IMG/VR virus record: IMGVR_UViG_3300032284_002783
Span: 1 to 64,000 of that record
Reading direction: 5' to 3' (one strand)
Length of the DNA stretch: 64,000 bases
Source: a virus
The notes below the pieces were generated by a model, which was not told the origin of the DNA, did not search any database, and was given only the letters and a program-made list of their open reading frames with translations. Below, in pieces: positions 47,599 to 57,768 of this stretch. Every line of letters begins with the position of its first letter. Position 1 is the first letter of the stretch. The position numbers were made by a program, and so were the translations under genes.

Positions 47599-48066
47599 TT
47601 ATTTTAAAATATAGTGATTTTTGCCGTCATACGAATAGGTTTGTTGAACATAAAAATCATTCTCGGCGTCATTAACTGATACTATTTTCTTGTACTCATA
47701 GTTCATAAGCCATTTGTTGTCAACTGATAAGATTATTTTCTGCTGGCTGCGTACATCATCTTTTATTAATTTTAATACACATCGGTCAGGGTTCCATCTT
47801 TCATCTTCGCCAAGTATTAATGTATAGAACATACCAAGCGAAATAGCACTATCATCAAATTCATTTGAATGAATCAATTGCCAAGCATCTGGCCAAGATG
47901 AACACATATCCCAATCTAATACTCTAGTACTCACCGGAGTTTTACTCCAAAAATCTGTAATTATTTTACAATGATCGTAATCTGATTTATCAGAATTTAG
48001 CTGAAGCCTTACATCTTTCCAAGCTTTAAGAAGATTTTTTGATCCTTGTAAAAAAGGATTAATCAT
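47599..48066 (-). CDS. Hypothetical protein
   Basis: 155 aa ORF, TAAATA upstream. Confidence 0.65.
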   Translation of the reverse strand: MINPFLQGSKNLLKAWKDVRLQLNSDKSDYDHCKIITDFWSKTPVSTRVLDWDMCSSWPDAWQLIHSNEFDDSAISLGMFYTLILGEDERWNPDRCVLKLIKDDVRSQQKIILSVDNKWLMNYEYKKIVSVNDAENDFYVQQTYSYDGKNHYILK

Positions 48067-48155
48067 ATATCTACCATTTCTACGTTCAACAATGCATATT
48101 TATTACGAAAGACTTTATAATGTTAGAGTTATATTTTTGCATTTATTAATTTTTA

Positions 48156-48488
48156 TCATGTTGACCAAGGTAAAGAAGGAATAGAGTACTTTGCTTCTTT
48201 CTGTGCAGCAATGTTATCAGCAAGCTGTTGTTGATTAGCTTGAGTTTGCTCAGGTGTCCACGATGCTAATATCCAGTTTATAACCTGTTCTTCGGTTAGA
48301 TTAGAATACGGAATGAATGAGTTGCCTGGTACGTAGGTAAGAAATGTATAACCGCGAGGATTTATTGCTGTATAGATGCCGTCTGTTGCTGTGTAAGACC
48401 AGTAAACCTTAACAGCTACATTTTGCTGTCCATTTTCATTTGCGGCTACAACCATTGATGTTGGTTTGAGTGTATAAGTAATAGACAT
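48156..48488 (-). CDS. Tail-fibre-associated small protein
   Basis: TAATG-coupled start MSITY; FIPYSNLTEEQVINWI...LPW motif typical of fibre-adjacent phage genes. Confidence 0.6.
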   Translation of the reverse strand: MSITYTLKPTSMVVAANENGQQNVAVKVYWSYTATDGIYTAINPRGYTFLTYVPGNSFIPYSNLTEEQVINWILASWTPEQTQANQQQLADNIAAQKEAKYSIPSLPWST

Positions 48489-49300
48489 TAGCTTATTCTC
48501 CACGACATTATTGTAGTATATGACGGTTGTCCAGGCGAAGACCCTTCCCACGATCCATTTGAAACGATAAACACAAATTGATTGTATCCTGTTGCATCGA
48601 GGTAAGAGCCTGCTTTTGCAGCCTTATAAAGTATTTGGAAATTTACACCATCATAACTAAATCCATATGATATGTTAGTTCCATCATCTGTGATCTGTAC
48701 CCAAGTTGGATATACTGGAAAAGCAGAATAATAAGTCTGCCTAACATTATTATGATAGTTGTTTATATCAGACAACTGTTGAATCAAATAATATCCCTGA
48801 CTGTTTGCAGCCATTGAGAACAGCATATACTCAATTTTGTTTGATGCAGAATCACGCCAACCAAGACCAAAGTCGTGAAATGAATTTGGATCAGATGATG
48901 TTGCGATCAATGCTGTTGCGGTATAAGGAGCAGAAGGAACTTATGCCGTATATAATGCATGATTCTGTCCCAATGGATTTTGATCGTTAACAATCATAGT
49001 AACACCTGCAGCATTGTCAGTTACTAATGCAGTACCTTGGTTTAGCCAATTGGTGAAACCGGTATTAGCTTGTGTAGGTACAGTAAGTGACATTGCCTGT
49101 GCAAAAAGTCCATTGCTGCTAGCCGCAGCTGGTCCTGTGGGACCAGAGGCGCCCGTTGGTCCTGTGATACCAGTAGGACCGGTGGCTCCTACACCAGTAG
49201 GGCCCGTTGTGCCTGCTGACCCTGCAGCACCTGCCGGGCCGGTTGGACCTGTGCCTCCGGAACCTACCGGACCGGTTGGACCTGTATTACCAACTGTTAA
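48488..49300 (-). pseudogene. Collagen-repeat tail fibre C-terminal part; no start codon and an in-frame TAA
   Basis: GPTG repeats continue in frame via HALYTA*VPSAPY (TAA at 48941-48943) into ORF 48488..48910. Confidence 0.6.
49130..49292 (-). repeat. Collagen-like Gly-X-Y repeat
   Basis: [54 protein letters not shown]. Confidence 0.85.
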
Positions 49301-49324
49301 TGATTGTTACCAAGATCAATAATA

Positions 49325-50449
49325 TTAGACAAAGACGTCTCCTATGCTATCATTATCCGTAGTACCAGGACCCCAATAAACCGGCTCTGCCCCGCTAAGA
49401 AGATTGCAGTTCATAAATTGGCACTGTGTTGAAACTTCGCCGGGATTTGTACTTAAAACTTTAATAGCCATCTCATCTATATCATAAAATCTGCATTGAT
49501 TTAATGTAGTAAAATATGGACCGTTAAAGTTTGCTGCTAATCCTAGCGTCATACCCGACCAACATTGAGTAAATGTGCATCTGGTAAATCCTGTAAATTT
49601 TACAGGATCATCGGAGTATACACAATAAGTTACATTTGTAAAAATACAACCTAGGAAATCAATAGTATAGGTGATTCCGGTGTTGCCTATACTGTTCAAT
49701 GTGACAGCCGCAAACGAGTTAAGTAAACCATCTCCTAATTGATAACCACCTTTAAATTTTACAGTATCAATTTTGCAATTTTGATAACGTGTCATTTCTA
49801 GTATGGTTAAATGGTTTCCGTTTGTATCAAATGTCAAATCTGAAATATTAATGTGTTTTGGATAATAACCATTTAATCCAATATTGGCTCCTGTGGCACC
49901 TACACTATCTACGGTTTGTGCCATAGATGTTTGAGTGGTTCCAGCAGCACAACGAATGATAGTTTTGTCAATTCCTGCGCCAACAATAGACACATATGGA
50001 TATAATAAAATTGAATCAGAAATTATATATACGCCAGCCGGAAAATATAGCACCACATGTTTTGGAATATCAGAATCTTCTAATTCGTTTACTGCATAAA
50101 ATAAATCTGCAATAGCTGCGTTTATTGCAGCAGTATCATCTGTTACTCCGTCTCCTATAACACCAAAATCTTTTATGCTTACAAAATCATTAAGTTTTTC
50201 ACCAATGGGGCGATTTATACTAGATATAATATTTGCGCCCAACGGTGACCATGTATTTTTAATTATATCACTGTTGTTTGACCATTGTGTTAATACCTGT
50301 GTATTAAATCCAAATCCACTGGTGTTTCCAATGAAAAGCTCTCTGGTATCTAAACACCATCCAAATTCGCCCTCTGCTAATGCAGTTGGTAAATCAGTTT
50401 TCAAACCTCTACGATGTTGAATTCGTGAAATACTAGTTATTGCCACCAA
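49325..50449 (-). CDS. Tail fibre/spike with pectate-lyase-like beta-helix
   Basis: IQHRRG..LP.LAEGEFG..DTRELFIG N-domain; SIKDFGVIGDGVTDDTAAI, LYFPAGVY. Confidence 0.8.
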   Translation of the reverse strand: MVAITSISRIQHRRGLKTDLPTALAEGEFGWCLDTRELFIGNTSGFGFNTQVLTQWSNNSDIIKNTWSPLGANIISSINRPIGEKLNDFVSIKDFGVIGDGVTDDTAAINAAIADLFYAVNELEDSDIPKHVVLYFPAGVYIISDSILLYPYVSIVGAGIDKTIIRCAAGTTQTSMAQTVDSVGATGANIGLNGYYPKHINISDLTFDTNGNHLTILEMTRYQNCKIDTVKFKGGYQLGDGLLNSFAAVTLNSIGNTGITYTIDFLGCIFTNVTYCVYSDDPVKFTGFTRCTFTQCWSGMTLGLAANFNGPYFTTLNQCRFYDIDEMAIKVLSTNPGEVSTQCQFMNCNLLSGAEPVYWGPGTTDNDSIGDVFV

Positions 50450-50603
50450 AAAATCCTTATAATAGTATATTTATTAATCTTTATATCATTTAATCTATCA
50501 CAATAATTAACATATTGAATATATTAGACAATTTTGAAAAAAATTGATGCTTTTATACATAGATCATGTTTAGACTTTTCAGTATTTTACAGTATGCTAT
50601 AGC

Positions 50604-50786
50604 ATGAAGATCACATATAGAAAATGGAACAAAATTAACGATGTTCCATATGTAATTTTAGATTGGGCAAAGTATATTGGTGGCCAAAATATTACTGTGG
50701 TAGATGTGAATGAGTTAGTAACTGATTATGACGAATATGTGTCTAAACTTGATGATATTGAGCAACACGAATCCACCATTGATTAA
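50604..50786 (+). CDS. Small hypothetical protein
   Basis: 60 aa ORF behind a -10-like element. Confidence 0.45.
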   Translation: MKITYRKWNKINDVPYVILDWAKYIGGQNITVVDVNELVTDYDEYVSKLDDIEQHESTID

Positions 50787-51426
50787 CAGCTTCGTCCATT
50801 TCGTCCCCTCTAATAACCCAATATTGAGGTTCTAGATCTTTTGAACACATTAAAATAACACCTTGATTAATATCAGTGTTGTGTATTTTATTATGTGCTG
50901 ATAAGTATGCTGCTAATTGAACCTTATAATCTTCAATTTGTTGATCAGTCTTTAGTCTATTGGTTTGCTTGAAATCGATAATACTAGGTACACCTTGATA
51001 CACACCAACCATATCTGAAGTTCCTGCATATAGACCAGGATAATATAATTGTGTTTCTAGTGCCCAAAATTCATCAAGAAACGGCTTAAGAAAATTTTCT
51101 AAAATTATTCCAGCCATCTTGTAGCCTTGTTTATGATAATAGTTTGTACCGGACTGAGGATTTAATCCTTTGAGATGTTTTTCTAGATATGAGTGCATTA
51201 GGGTTCCGCGAAATGCAGCTTCATTTTTAATTTCCTCGGCCTTTTTATGTCCTAATCTTCTGGCCCATGCTTCCAGTGCTTTCTTCTTTTCTTCGCTTTT
51301 TGTTTTATCTAAAATAGTAGTAACGCTTGGTAGTTTATTACCATCTGGATCTATGTATACTCGACCATTTGGTCCACCATCTTCTCTAACCAAAGAAGCA
51401 TAGGTATATTTTTGTACATGTTTCAT
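50743..51426 (-). CDS. PD-(D/E)XK exonuclease (Cas4/RecB/lambda-exo-like)
   Basis: LPSVTTIL, RGTLMH..LE, YAGTSD, IIDFKQ, QLAAY. Confidence 0.88.
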   Translation of the reverse strand: MKHVQKYTYASLVREDGGPNGRVYIDPDGNKLPSVTTILDKTKSEEKKKALEAWARRLGHKKAEEIKNEAAFRGTLMHSYLEKHLKGLNPQSGTNYYHKQGYKMAGIILENFLKPFLDEFWALETQLYYPGLYAGTSDMVGVYQGVPSIIDFKQTNRLKTDQQIEDYKVQLAAYLSAHNKIHNTDINQGVILMCSKDLEPQYWVIRGDEMDEAVNQWWIRVAQYHQV

Positions 51427-51438
51427 GATATATTATAG

Positions 51439-51921
51439 CTATGCTAGTTTTGAAACTCTATCTTTCTCTAGATTAATCAATTCAGAGCTGCTACCAATTT
51501 TGACATAGACGCTATTTGTTTTTAAATGTGACATTGTTGTATTGTTGACAGCGATATTATTTGAACTAACACGAATACATAGATTATCTAATTCTTGCCA
51601 ATACCACGTTGGCGATATTTGAAGTTCGCTCTTGCCTGTTTTCACCCAATAGTAATCCCCTTGATATTGCCATATAGGTTTCCATTGTTCCAATTTAGGA
51701 TCATGAAGTGTTTGCATTTTATCAGCAATAAGTTCAGCCACTGTACCTTTACCATAATTGCCAAACTCTTTTATTTCTATAAGTCCTCGTATAATATCTG
51801 GTTTTTCAGGTAAACCTTTTATTTCATCAATAGACATTGATTCGATCGAACGTACTAGATTTATTATCTTAGTTTTTTTACTAGCTAGAAGTAAATGACC
51901 AGGACCGTACATAGATCTCAT
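51439..51921 (-). CDS. Hypothetical protein
   Basis: 160 aa ORF in the operon. Confidence 0.6.
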   Translation of the reverse strand: MRSMYGPGHLLLASKKTKIINLVRSIESMSIDEIKGLPEKPDIIRGLIEIKEFGNYGKGTVAELIADKMQTLHDPKLEQWKPIWQYQGDYYWVKTGKSELQISPTWYWQELDNLCIRVSSNNIAVNNTTMSHLKTNSVYVKIGSSSELINLEKDRVSKLA

Positions 51922-51924
51922 ATG

Positions 51925-54420
51925 TTACCACTGCACTGACCACATCAAGGTATTATTAGTTGCCGGATTGGTTAATCGGTTTATGGTATAACCTAGATTA
52001 GTAAAATAGGATATGATAGTATCCATGCGTTCATTATATGGACGAGACAATTGACTGTTAGTTAATGCAAGTCCTTTCCATGCGGCAAAATAATCACGAC
52101 TTGAATAGTATGGATTTAACACAAATGTTCCGGTTCCTGTACCAATTGTTGCAACTGCTGTAGCTGTTGTTCCAACTGCAAAAAACGGAGCTGATAATGT
52201 CACCGACGGCACAGATGAATATCCTTGACCAGTATCAGTTAATGAAATACTTGCAACAGAATATGCTCTAATTGGAACTAACACCGGTGGTATAGGAGTA
52301 ATAGGTTGATATGTTCCTGGTATCAAATAAATGATAGGATCTGAAACATAGTTGTCTCCAATATTGTCTACAACAATATTATCAACCCCTGTTCCATTTA
52401 ATAGAGAAACCGCAGTAGCTAATCCATCTATAGTTACCTTTGGCGGAACGTTGTATCCGCTGCCGCTGTTAGTCACTATGATGTTAGCTAATGGTGTCGC
52501 AGTTAATACAGCACTAGTTTGTGCACCATTTCCGTTTCCAACAATGGTAATTGTAGGAGTTCCGGTGTAGCCTACTCCAGGAGTTAACACATCTATAGAT
52601 GTAATTTGACCGCCAACTATGTTGGCCAAGAGTGTTGCATCAACCGATGCTCCACCACCGCTGGCTGTAACTGTTGCATAGGTATAACCAGTGCCCGGTG
52701 AAATCATAGATACAGAATTCAATGTTGTTGGAATTAAGAACGCTTCACCGGTTGCGCCGGTTCCGTTTGATAACGTAACCGTTGGAATACTAGTATAACC
52801 GTATCCTGTTTTTTCAATGACAAACCCATCTACACTACCTGCGTTAAGAGTGGCTCTCGCCATTGCAGTTTGTCCTGTTGAGCTAGGTGATGATATTGTA
52901 ACAACCGGAGGTACAACATATCCCGATCCAGCTGTTTGTACATTGATGCTGCTAACACCCATCAACAAATTAAAGGCTGCAAGAGTTCCGCTGCCGCCAA
53001 TTACAGGATTATTAACTGTGCCAGGTAATGCTGTAAATGCTCCGCCGTCCTCTAACGTATAAGTTAATATCCCGCCAAACGTGTCAACTGTTTGCACTTT
53101 AATCCATGCATTTCTTGATGCTGTTCCGCCACTTACTAACAAGCTGTCACCGGCCTGATAATTAGCTCCAGGACTGACTAATTGTACATTAACAACTGTC
53201 ATGGTAATTAATCCTGCAGATGCTCCGCTGCCCTGTGTATCAATTGACACAGCAGGAGTCTGAGTATATGTTGATCCACCGTCAAATGTTAAGGTAATAT
53301 TTCCTACACCAGTTGGTTGTAGCATAACAGTAGCAGATGCACCCGAACCGGTATCAAAATCAACACCTGATACATCAAGATATCCATAGCCTGCGTTAGT
53401 AATTATAATTTCATTTACGCTGCCTCCATACAAGGTTGCAGTTGCAGTTGCACCAGTTCCTGTTGTGCTGTTTATTACTATTTTTGGTGGTGATACATAG
53501 TTAGTACCTGCATTGCTGATTGCAATAGATTTAATACCAAAGCTTAAATTTACTGTGCAGCCTGTTCCTCCACCGGGAGATACTGTTGTAGTCGCTGCGA
53601 CAACACTTGGTAATGTGTTGTATGCTCCACTATTTGCAACAGCCACAGCTAATATTGCACCTGTGTTGTTTACATCGGTTACCTGAATAGTAGTTGGAGT
53701 GCCTACGCCGCCTATTACAGATAGCAAATCACCTATTCTATAATTCTGTCCGGTAGCTGCAATAGTTGCGGATACACAAGCAAATGTTATTGCTCCTGCT
53801 ACTGCGCCGGTTCCTGTAGGAACTATTTGCACAGTAGGTAAATCTGTGTATCCGCCGCCGGAAGTTGTATTGTTAATAGCAACTAGGCTTCCATAGCTAG
53901 CAAGATATGCTGTTGCAGCAGCAGTAGTAGTAGGATTACCACCTGAAAAATTTACTGCAGGCGCTTGTAAATATCCGCTGCCTTGATTTGTTAATGTTAT
54001 AGAGTTTACGCTGGACGTAATTGAAATAGATACAGGCATGCCAGACACAGCATTAGCAAAACTGGTAGCAAGTTTGATATGATCGTAATCAACAAAAATT
54101 ACATAATAATAAGCAGTGTTTGTCAATGGACCAGGTAAAGTTCCAGTAGAAGATAAGGTAACACAATCTCCTGTTGAAAGTCCGTGATTAGGAACATAAA
54201 AAATTCCTGTAGAAGGATCCACTGTCCATACTTCACTAGGAGCAGGTGAACTTTCTGTCATTGGTGTTCCATCTGATACAGTGCAATCAAAAAAGCCTAA
54301 TTTTACTGCTGATAAAATTGCTGATTCAATTGCTCTAGCTTCGTCGTGCACAACTGTTTCACGAATAGGATTTTGTCTTGCATCACTAGCCGATATAAAA
54401 ATAGTCGAACTCTGCGCCAT
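51925..54420 (-). CDS. Virion structural protein with repeated beta modules (baseplate/tail)
   Basis: Many I.ITN.GSGY...P.V.I repeats, G/T/A-rich. Confidence 0.8.
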   Translation of the reverse strand: MAQSSTIFISASDARQNPIRETVVHDEARAIESAILSAVKLGFFDCTVSDGTPMTESSPAPSEVWTVDPSTGIFYVPNHGLSTGDCVTLSSTGTLPGPLTNTAYYYVIFVDYDHIKLATSFANAVSGMPVSISITSSVNSITLTNQGSGYLQAPAVNFSGGNPTTTAAATAYLASYGSLVAINNTTSGGGYTDLPTVQIVPTGTGAVAGAITFACVSATIAATGQNYRIGDLLSVIGGVGTPTTIQVTDVNNTGAILAVAVANSGAYNTLPSVVAATTTVSPGGGTGCTVNLSFGIKSIAISNAGTNYVSPPKIVINSTTGTGATATATLYGGSVNEIIITNAGYGYLDVSGVDFDTGSGASATVMLQPTGVGNITLTFDGGSTYTQTPAVSIDTQGSGASAGLITMTVVNVQLVSPGANYQAGDSLLVSGGTASRNAWIKVQTVDTFGGILTYTLEDGGAFTALPGTVNNPVIGGSGTLAAFNLLMGVSSINVQTAGSGYVVPPVVTISSPSSTGQTAMARATLNAGSVDGFVIEKTGYGYTSIPTVTLSNGTGATGEAFLIPTTLNSVSMISPGTGYTYATVTASGGGASVDATLLANIVGGQITSIDVLTPGVGYTGTPTITIVGNGNGAQTSAVLTATPLANIIVTNSGSGYNVPPKVTIDGLATAVSLLNGTGVDNIVVDNIGDNYVSDPIIYLIPGTYQPITPIPPVLVPIRAYSVASISLTDTGQGYSSVPSVTLSAPFFAVGTTATAVATIGTGTGTFVLNPYYSSRDYFAAWKGLALTNSQLSRPYNERMDTIISYFTNLGYTINRLTNPATNNTLMWSVQW

Positions 54421-54794
54421 TATTTTGCTTCTCCACTGTGGACGGCTTTCTTTGCTGCTTTTTTAGCAATACGATCAATTTTTTCTTCTGATTTTTCCTG
54501 TTGTGATTTCGAAGGTGTACTATCAGGCTGATCAGTTTTTAGTTCAATGTCATCAACGCCGCTGCGTTTAACAATTGAGTCAAACGGCGGCTTTGATAAA
54601 ATTTCACTGACATTATGAGAAGTTATGTCGTAGCCAATTTTTCTCAAAAAGGTTAACACTCCTTCTTCTGTCTCTGTTTTTTTCATAGGAATTTTGTTAA
54701 TGCCTTTTTGTTTATAGGCCATGAGGACATCCATGAGATCATTTTTGATTTCATCGGCTGTACTATCCTCATTTAGAATTTCGCAAATACGCAT
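54420..54794 (-). CDS. Hypothetical (head-associated) protein
   Basis: MRICEILNE start, coupled in the operon. Confidence 0.65.
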   Translation of the reverse strand: MRICEILNEDSTADEIKNDLMDVLMAYKQKGINKIPMKKTETEEGVLTFLRKIGYDITSHNVSEILSKPPFDSIVKRSGVDDIELKTDQPDSTPSKSQQEKSEEKIDRIAKKAAKKAVHSGEAK

Positions 54795-57370
54795 TAATTT
54801 CCTTTGATCATTGTATCAATAACTTTGTCAAATGTGTCAGGTTCTATTAACTTGACGTTGTCAATAGTTTTTTGATTTACATCAACCCAATAATCTCTGG
54901 TGTTTTGACTTTCGAACATCTTTTTACTCAACTTACCATTACGTGTGTAAATTACACCGTATGGTGTGATATTCTTAATAGCGGCTAATGTTTCAGCTTT
55001 TTGATTAGTTTTAATTTGCTCAAGAAGACTGTTAATGCCTTGTTTCATTTCATAAACAAGTACACTAGATGCTTCATCGATCTCTCTTTTTACTGTAGAC
55101 ATTTTATCAATTATTGCTTGGCCTTCTAAACCATAACCAATAGCTAATGGATCTTTAATTGTTCCTGCTGTTACTGATTCAGCAAATTTTGCCTTATGTA
55201 ATTCTAGTTGGCGTGCTAGGTTTTCCAGCATTTTATTCTTGTTTTCAACTAAAGCTTTTGTTTGGTTAAACTTTTCAGTTGATTCGCCAAACTGCTTCCA
55301 GGCACGACCATAAAGTACTGACATGCCTTTCTTAGGTCCATATTGCTTGATGAATCTAGCTTTATTGCTCTTGATCCAATGTTCTGCTTCCTTGCCAGGA
55401 GGAGCTTTCTCACGAACTACTGTTTCTTCCAATTTCTTTTCAATTGATGCAATGATTTCATCTCTCTTTTTAATGCCTTTTTTAGTGAGATGCTTGCCAG
55501 TCCAGTATGCTTTGCCCATCTTCTTTACTTGAGCTGTGGCAACTGCGCCCGGATCTTTAGCTTTCTTAGCTTCACTTACTTCTTTCTTTGCGCGACCAAG
55601 TGGCTCTTCTGGAGCAACTTCTGGTTCCTCGCCTTTTGCAGCAGGCTCTTCTGCAGGTAATTCTGGTTCACCGGTTGGTTGTGACTTTTCAAGATCACTG
55701 GTAGCACCCGGTATTTGTCCTGCTTGTATAGCAGCTACAGCAGTATCAATAGCTTCTTTAGTTTTACTTGCTACTGACAGCAACTCTTCCAGTGCAGTCT
55801 TAACTACTGTGTTGTAACCATTAGCTGCATCACCACCAAAGTGAATACGCAGAGTATCTACCAATGGCATAAGGTCTTCTACACTTAGCTTAGATGTAGT
55901 TTCAGCTATTTTTTGAATAGCATCGCTCATGTCCTGTGCTGTTAAAATTGCCTTGGCTCTTTGTAGATCTTCAGTTTGCTCAGCTTCTAATAATTTTGCT
56001 TCATTCATTTTTCTTTTCATTTCTGCACGACCTTCGTCAAAATGACTGTCCAATCCATGTTGTTCAAACTGCACGTATTCTAAATAGTGCTTGCAGGAGC
56101 TAATGCATTCACTAGCTGTGGTTAGTTTCATAGCTACCCAACCTTCTAGTTTTTCTCCTGGCTGTATCATGTTGAAAAGTTTGATACTGTATTCAACAAT
56201 TAACATGCAGTTTTCTCTAGCTACACTGCCACTGGTCTCCCCCAATTCCATTTCGCCATCCATGCCTTCTGGAAGCTTCTCTGGTTCAAACTTCTTGTAA
56301 TAATCTAGATAATGAAATATCTTATCTAGGTAGTTTGCAGCCTTTGTTAGGTTAGCTGCGATCCAAGGTTGTATTTCATTGTATGGATCAATTTGCTTAA
56401 GCATGCTCATTGCGTATTTGGCATTGCGATATAATTCACTGCGTGCCATGCTAGCTTGATACTCATAATCAACCTGCTGATTCATAGCACTTTCCAAAAT
56501 TTGCTGTGTGTGTTTAGCCATAGGTCTTCCTTTGTTTTCTGTAATCGTTTCATCAACACCAGTCTCATGCACATTATGCAGACCAGGCGTTGGAGTTTCA
56601 TGTGTGTTGTTAGCTGTCATTATTGTAATTTTTTCTTTAATTTTCTTAGGCATCAATTGACGTTGAGCTAAACGAATTATTCTCTTGTCATTATCGCTTA
56701 GAAAACCAAATTCACCTTTTGACAACATTAGTTTACTGCCTACGCGATTGAAGGCATTAGTCTCTACAGGGTTTGGCCCTTTAAAATCTATCATTTCGGC
56801 TGCTAATTTTTCATAATATGGCAAATTACTGCTGTAACCTTTCGAACCAATATCAGATGATGTTTTACTCTTGTGTAAAACATCATTAACAACCGCATCG
56901 GCGTCAGACATATCGTCTACATATCTAGTTTCAAAATCCTTGCTTTCAACTTCATTTTTGAAAAGTTTTATCGCATATCTATGAGGGGCTGCTATTTCTT
57001 TATAAACCCTAACCTCGTGTTCCGGTGTTCCCATAGATTTAACCAGCTGCATGCTGGATATTGGAATCTTGCTTTCTTTAACTTTTCTTCTACGACGTTT
57101 TGGAGCTATTTCTTTTAGCATTATTTTAACAGCTTCAAGTATTAGCAAAGTTTGTGTATATTCGGGATTAGTTTGATAGCTATTGAAGCTACTGGTTTCA
57201 ATTATTTGATCTCTACGCTTTTCATATGAAATCTTAGTTTCAACTAGTTGTTTGGTAAAAAACTTATTAGACGGATCAAAGTTTAACTTAATACCATGTA
57301 TAGTTTCTAAGGTGTGAAAAATTTGATTCAACCTTGCATGTTCAGATTTTTCAAACTGATTTAGATACAT
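54794..57370 (-). CDS. Large modular head/prohead-core-like protein
   Basis: 858 aa, duplicated helical domain, acidic Pro/Glu linker ending EEPLGRAKKE. Confidence 0.65.
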   Translation of the reverse strand: MYLNQFEKSEHARLNQIFHTLETIHGIKLNFDPSNKFFTKQLVETKISYEKRRDQIIETSSFNSYQTNPEYTQTLLILEAVKIMLKEIAPKRRRRKVKESKIPISSMQLVKSMGTPEHEVRVYKEIAAPHRYAIKLFKNEVESKDFETRYVDDMSDADAVVNDVLHKSKTSSDIGSKGYSSNLPYYEKLAAEMIDFKGPNPVETNAFNRVGSKLMLSKGEFGFLSDNDKRIIRLAQRQLMPKKIKEKITIMTANNTHETPTPGLHNVHETGVDETITENKGRPMAKHTQQILESAMNQQVDYEYQASMARSELYRNAKYAMSMLKQIDPYNEIQPWIAANLTKAANYLDKIFHYLDYYKKFEPEKLPEGMDGEMELGETSGSVARENCMLIVEYSIKLFNMIQPGEKLEGWVAMKLTTASECISSCKHYLEYVQFEQHGLDSHFDEGRAEMKRKMNEAKLLEAEQTEDLQRAKAILTAQDMSDAIQKIAETTSKLSVEDLMPLVDTLRIHFGGDAANGYNTVVKTALEELLSVASKTKEAIDTAVAAIQAGQIPGATSDLEKSQPTGEPELPAEEPAAKGEEPEVAPEEPLGRAKKEVSEAKKAKDPGAVATAQVKKMGKAYWTGKHLTKKGIKKRDEIIASIEKKLEETVVREKAPPGKEAEHWIKSNKARFIKQYGPKKGMSVLYGRAWKQFGESTEKFNQTKALVENKNKMLENLARQLELHKAKFAESVTAGTIKDPLAIGYGLEGQAIIDKMSTVKREIDEASSVLVYEMKQGINSLLEQIKTNQKAETLAAIKNITPYGVIYTRNGKLSKKMFESQNTRDYWVDVNQKTIDNVKLIEPDTFDKVIDTMIKGN

Positions 57371-57441
57371 AATAACCTAGCTCCTGGCCATACGACCATA
57401 TATATTATAGGTTATTTATCAATTTTATGATATGATTTAAC

Positions 57442-57768
57442 TTACAAACTAAAACTTGTACCACATCCACAGCTTGAAGAAGCTTCTGGTATATCCACAA
57501 TAAACATGCTACCCATTAGATCAGTTCGGTAGTCAATAGTAGCATGCCCTATGATTTCTAAACTAATTTTATCAATTAACAATTGACTATCATGACAAGG
57601 GTACTGAAAATCATCCTCTGCAGCTACCTTATCCAATGACCACACCTTGCTAAAACCGTTACAACCGCCGCTAGTTATAGCTAAACGGACATATTGTCCT
57701 GCATTTTGTTTTGATATTTTATCAATTTGGTTTTTTGCTGCTTCTGTAATATTAATATTATCTGACAT
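57442..57768 (-). CDS. Second HesB/IscA-family Fe-S carrier
   Basis: GGCNGF...SSCGCGTSF. Confidence 0.88.
   Translation of the reverse strand: MSDNINITEAAKNQIDKISKQNAGQYVRLAITSGGCNGFSKVWSLDKVAAEDDFQYPCHDSQLLIDKISLEIIGHATIDYRTDLMGSMFIVDIPEASSSCGCGTSFSL

Noticed and set aside
48941-48943. Alternative genetic code (stop reassignment)
   Set aside because: Conserved genes are intact under code 11 and end in TAA, TAG and TGA; this is a local lesion
49014-49322. Plus-strand Pro/Gly-rich ORF
   Set aside because: Mirror of the minus-strand collagen repeat
50743-51426. CRISPR-Cas locus around the Cas4-like nuclease
   Set aside because: No repeat-spacer array or other cas genes seen; lacks the Fe-S cysteines; common stand-alone phage exonuclease
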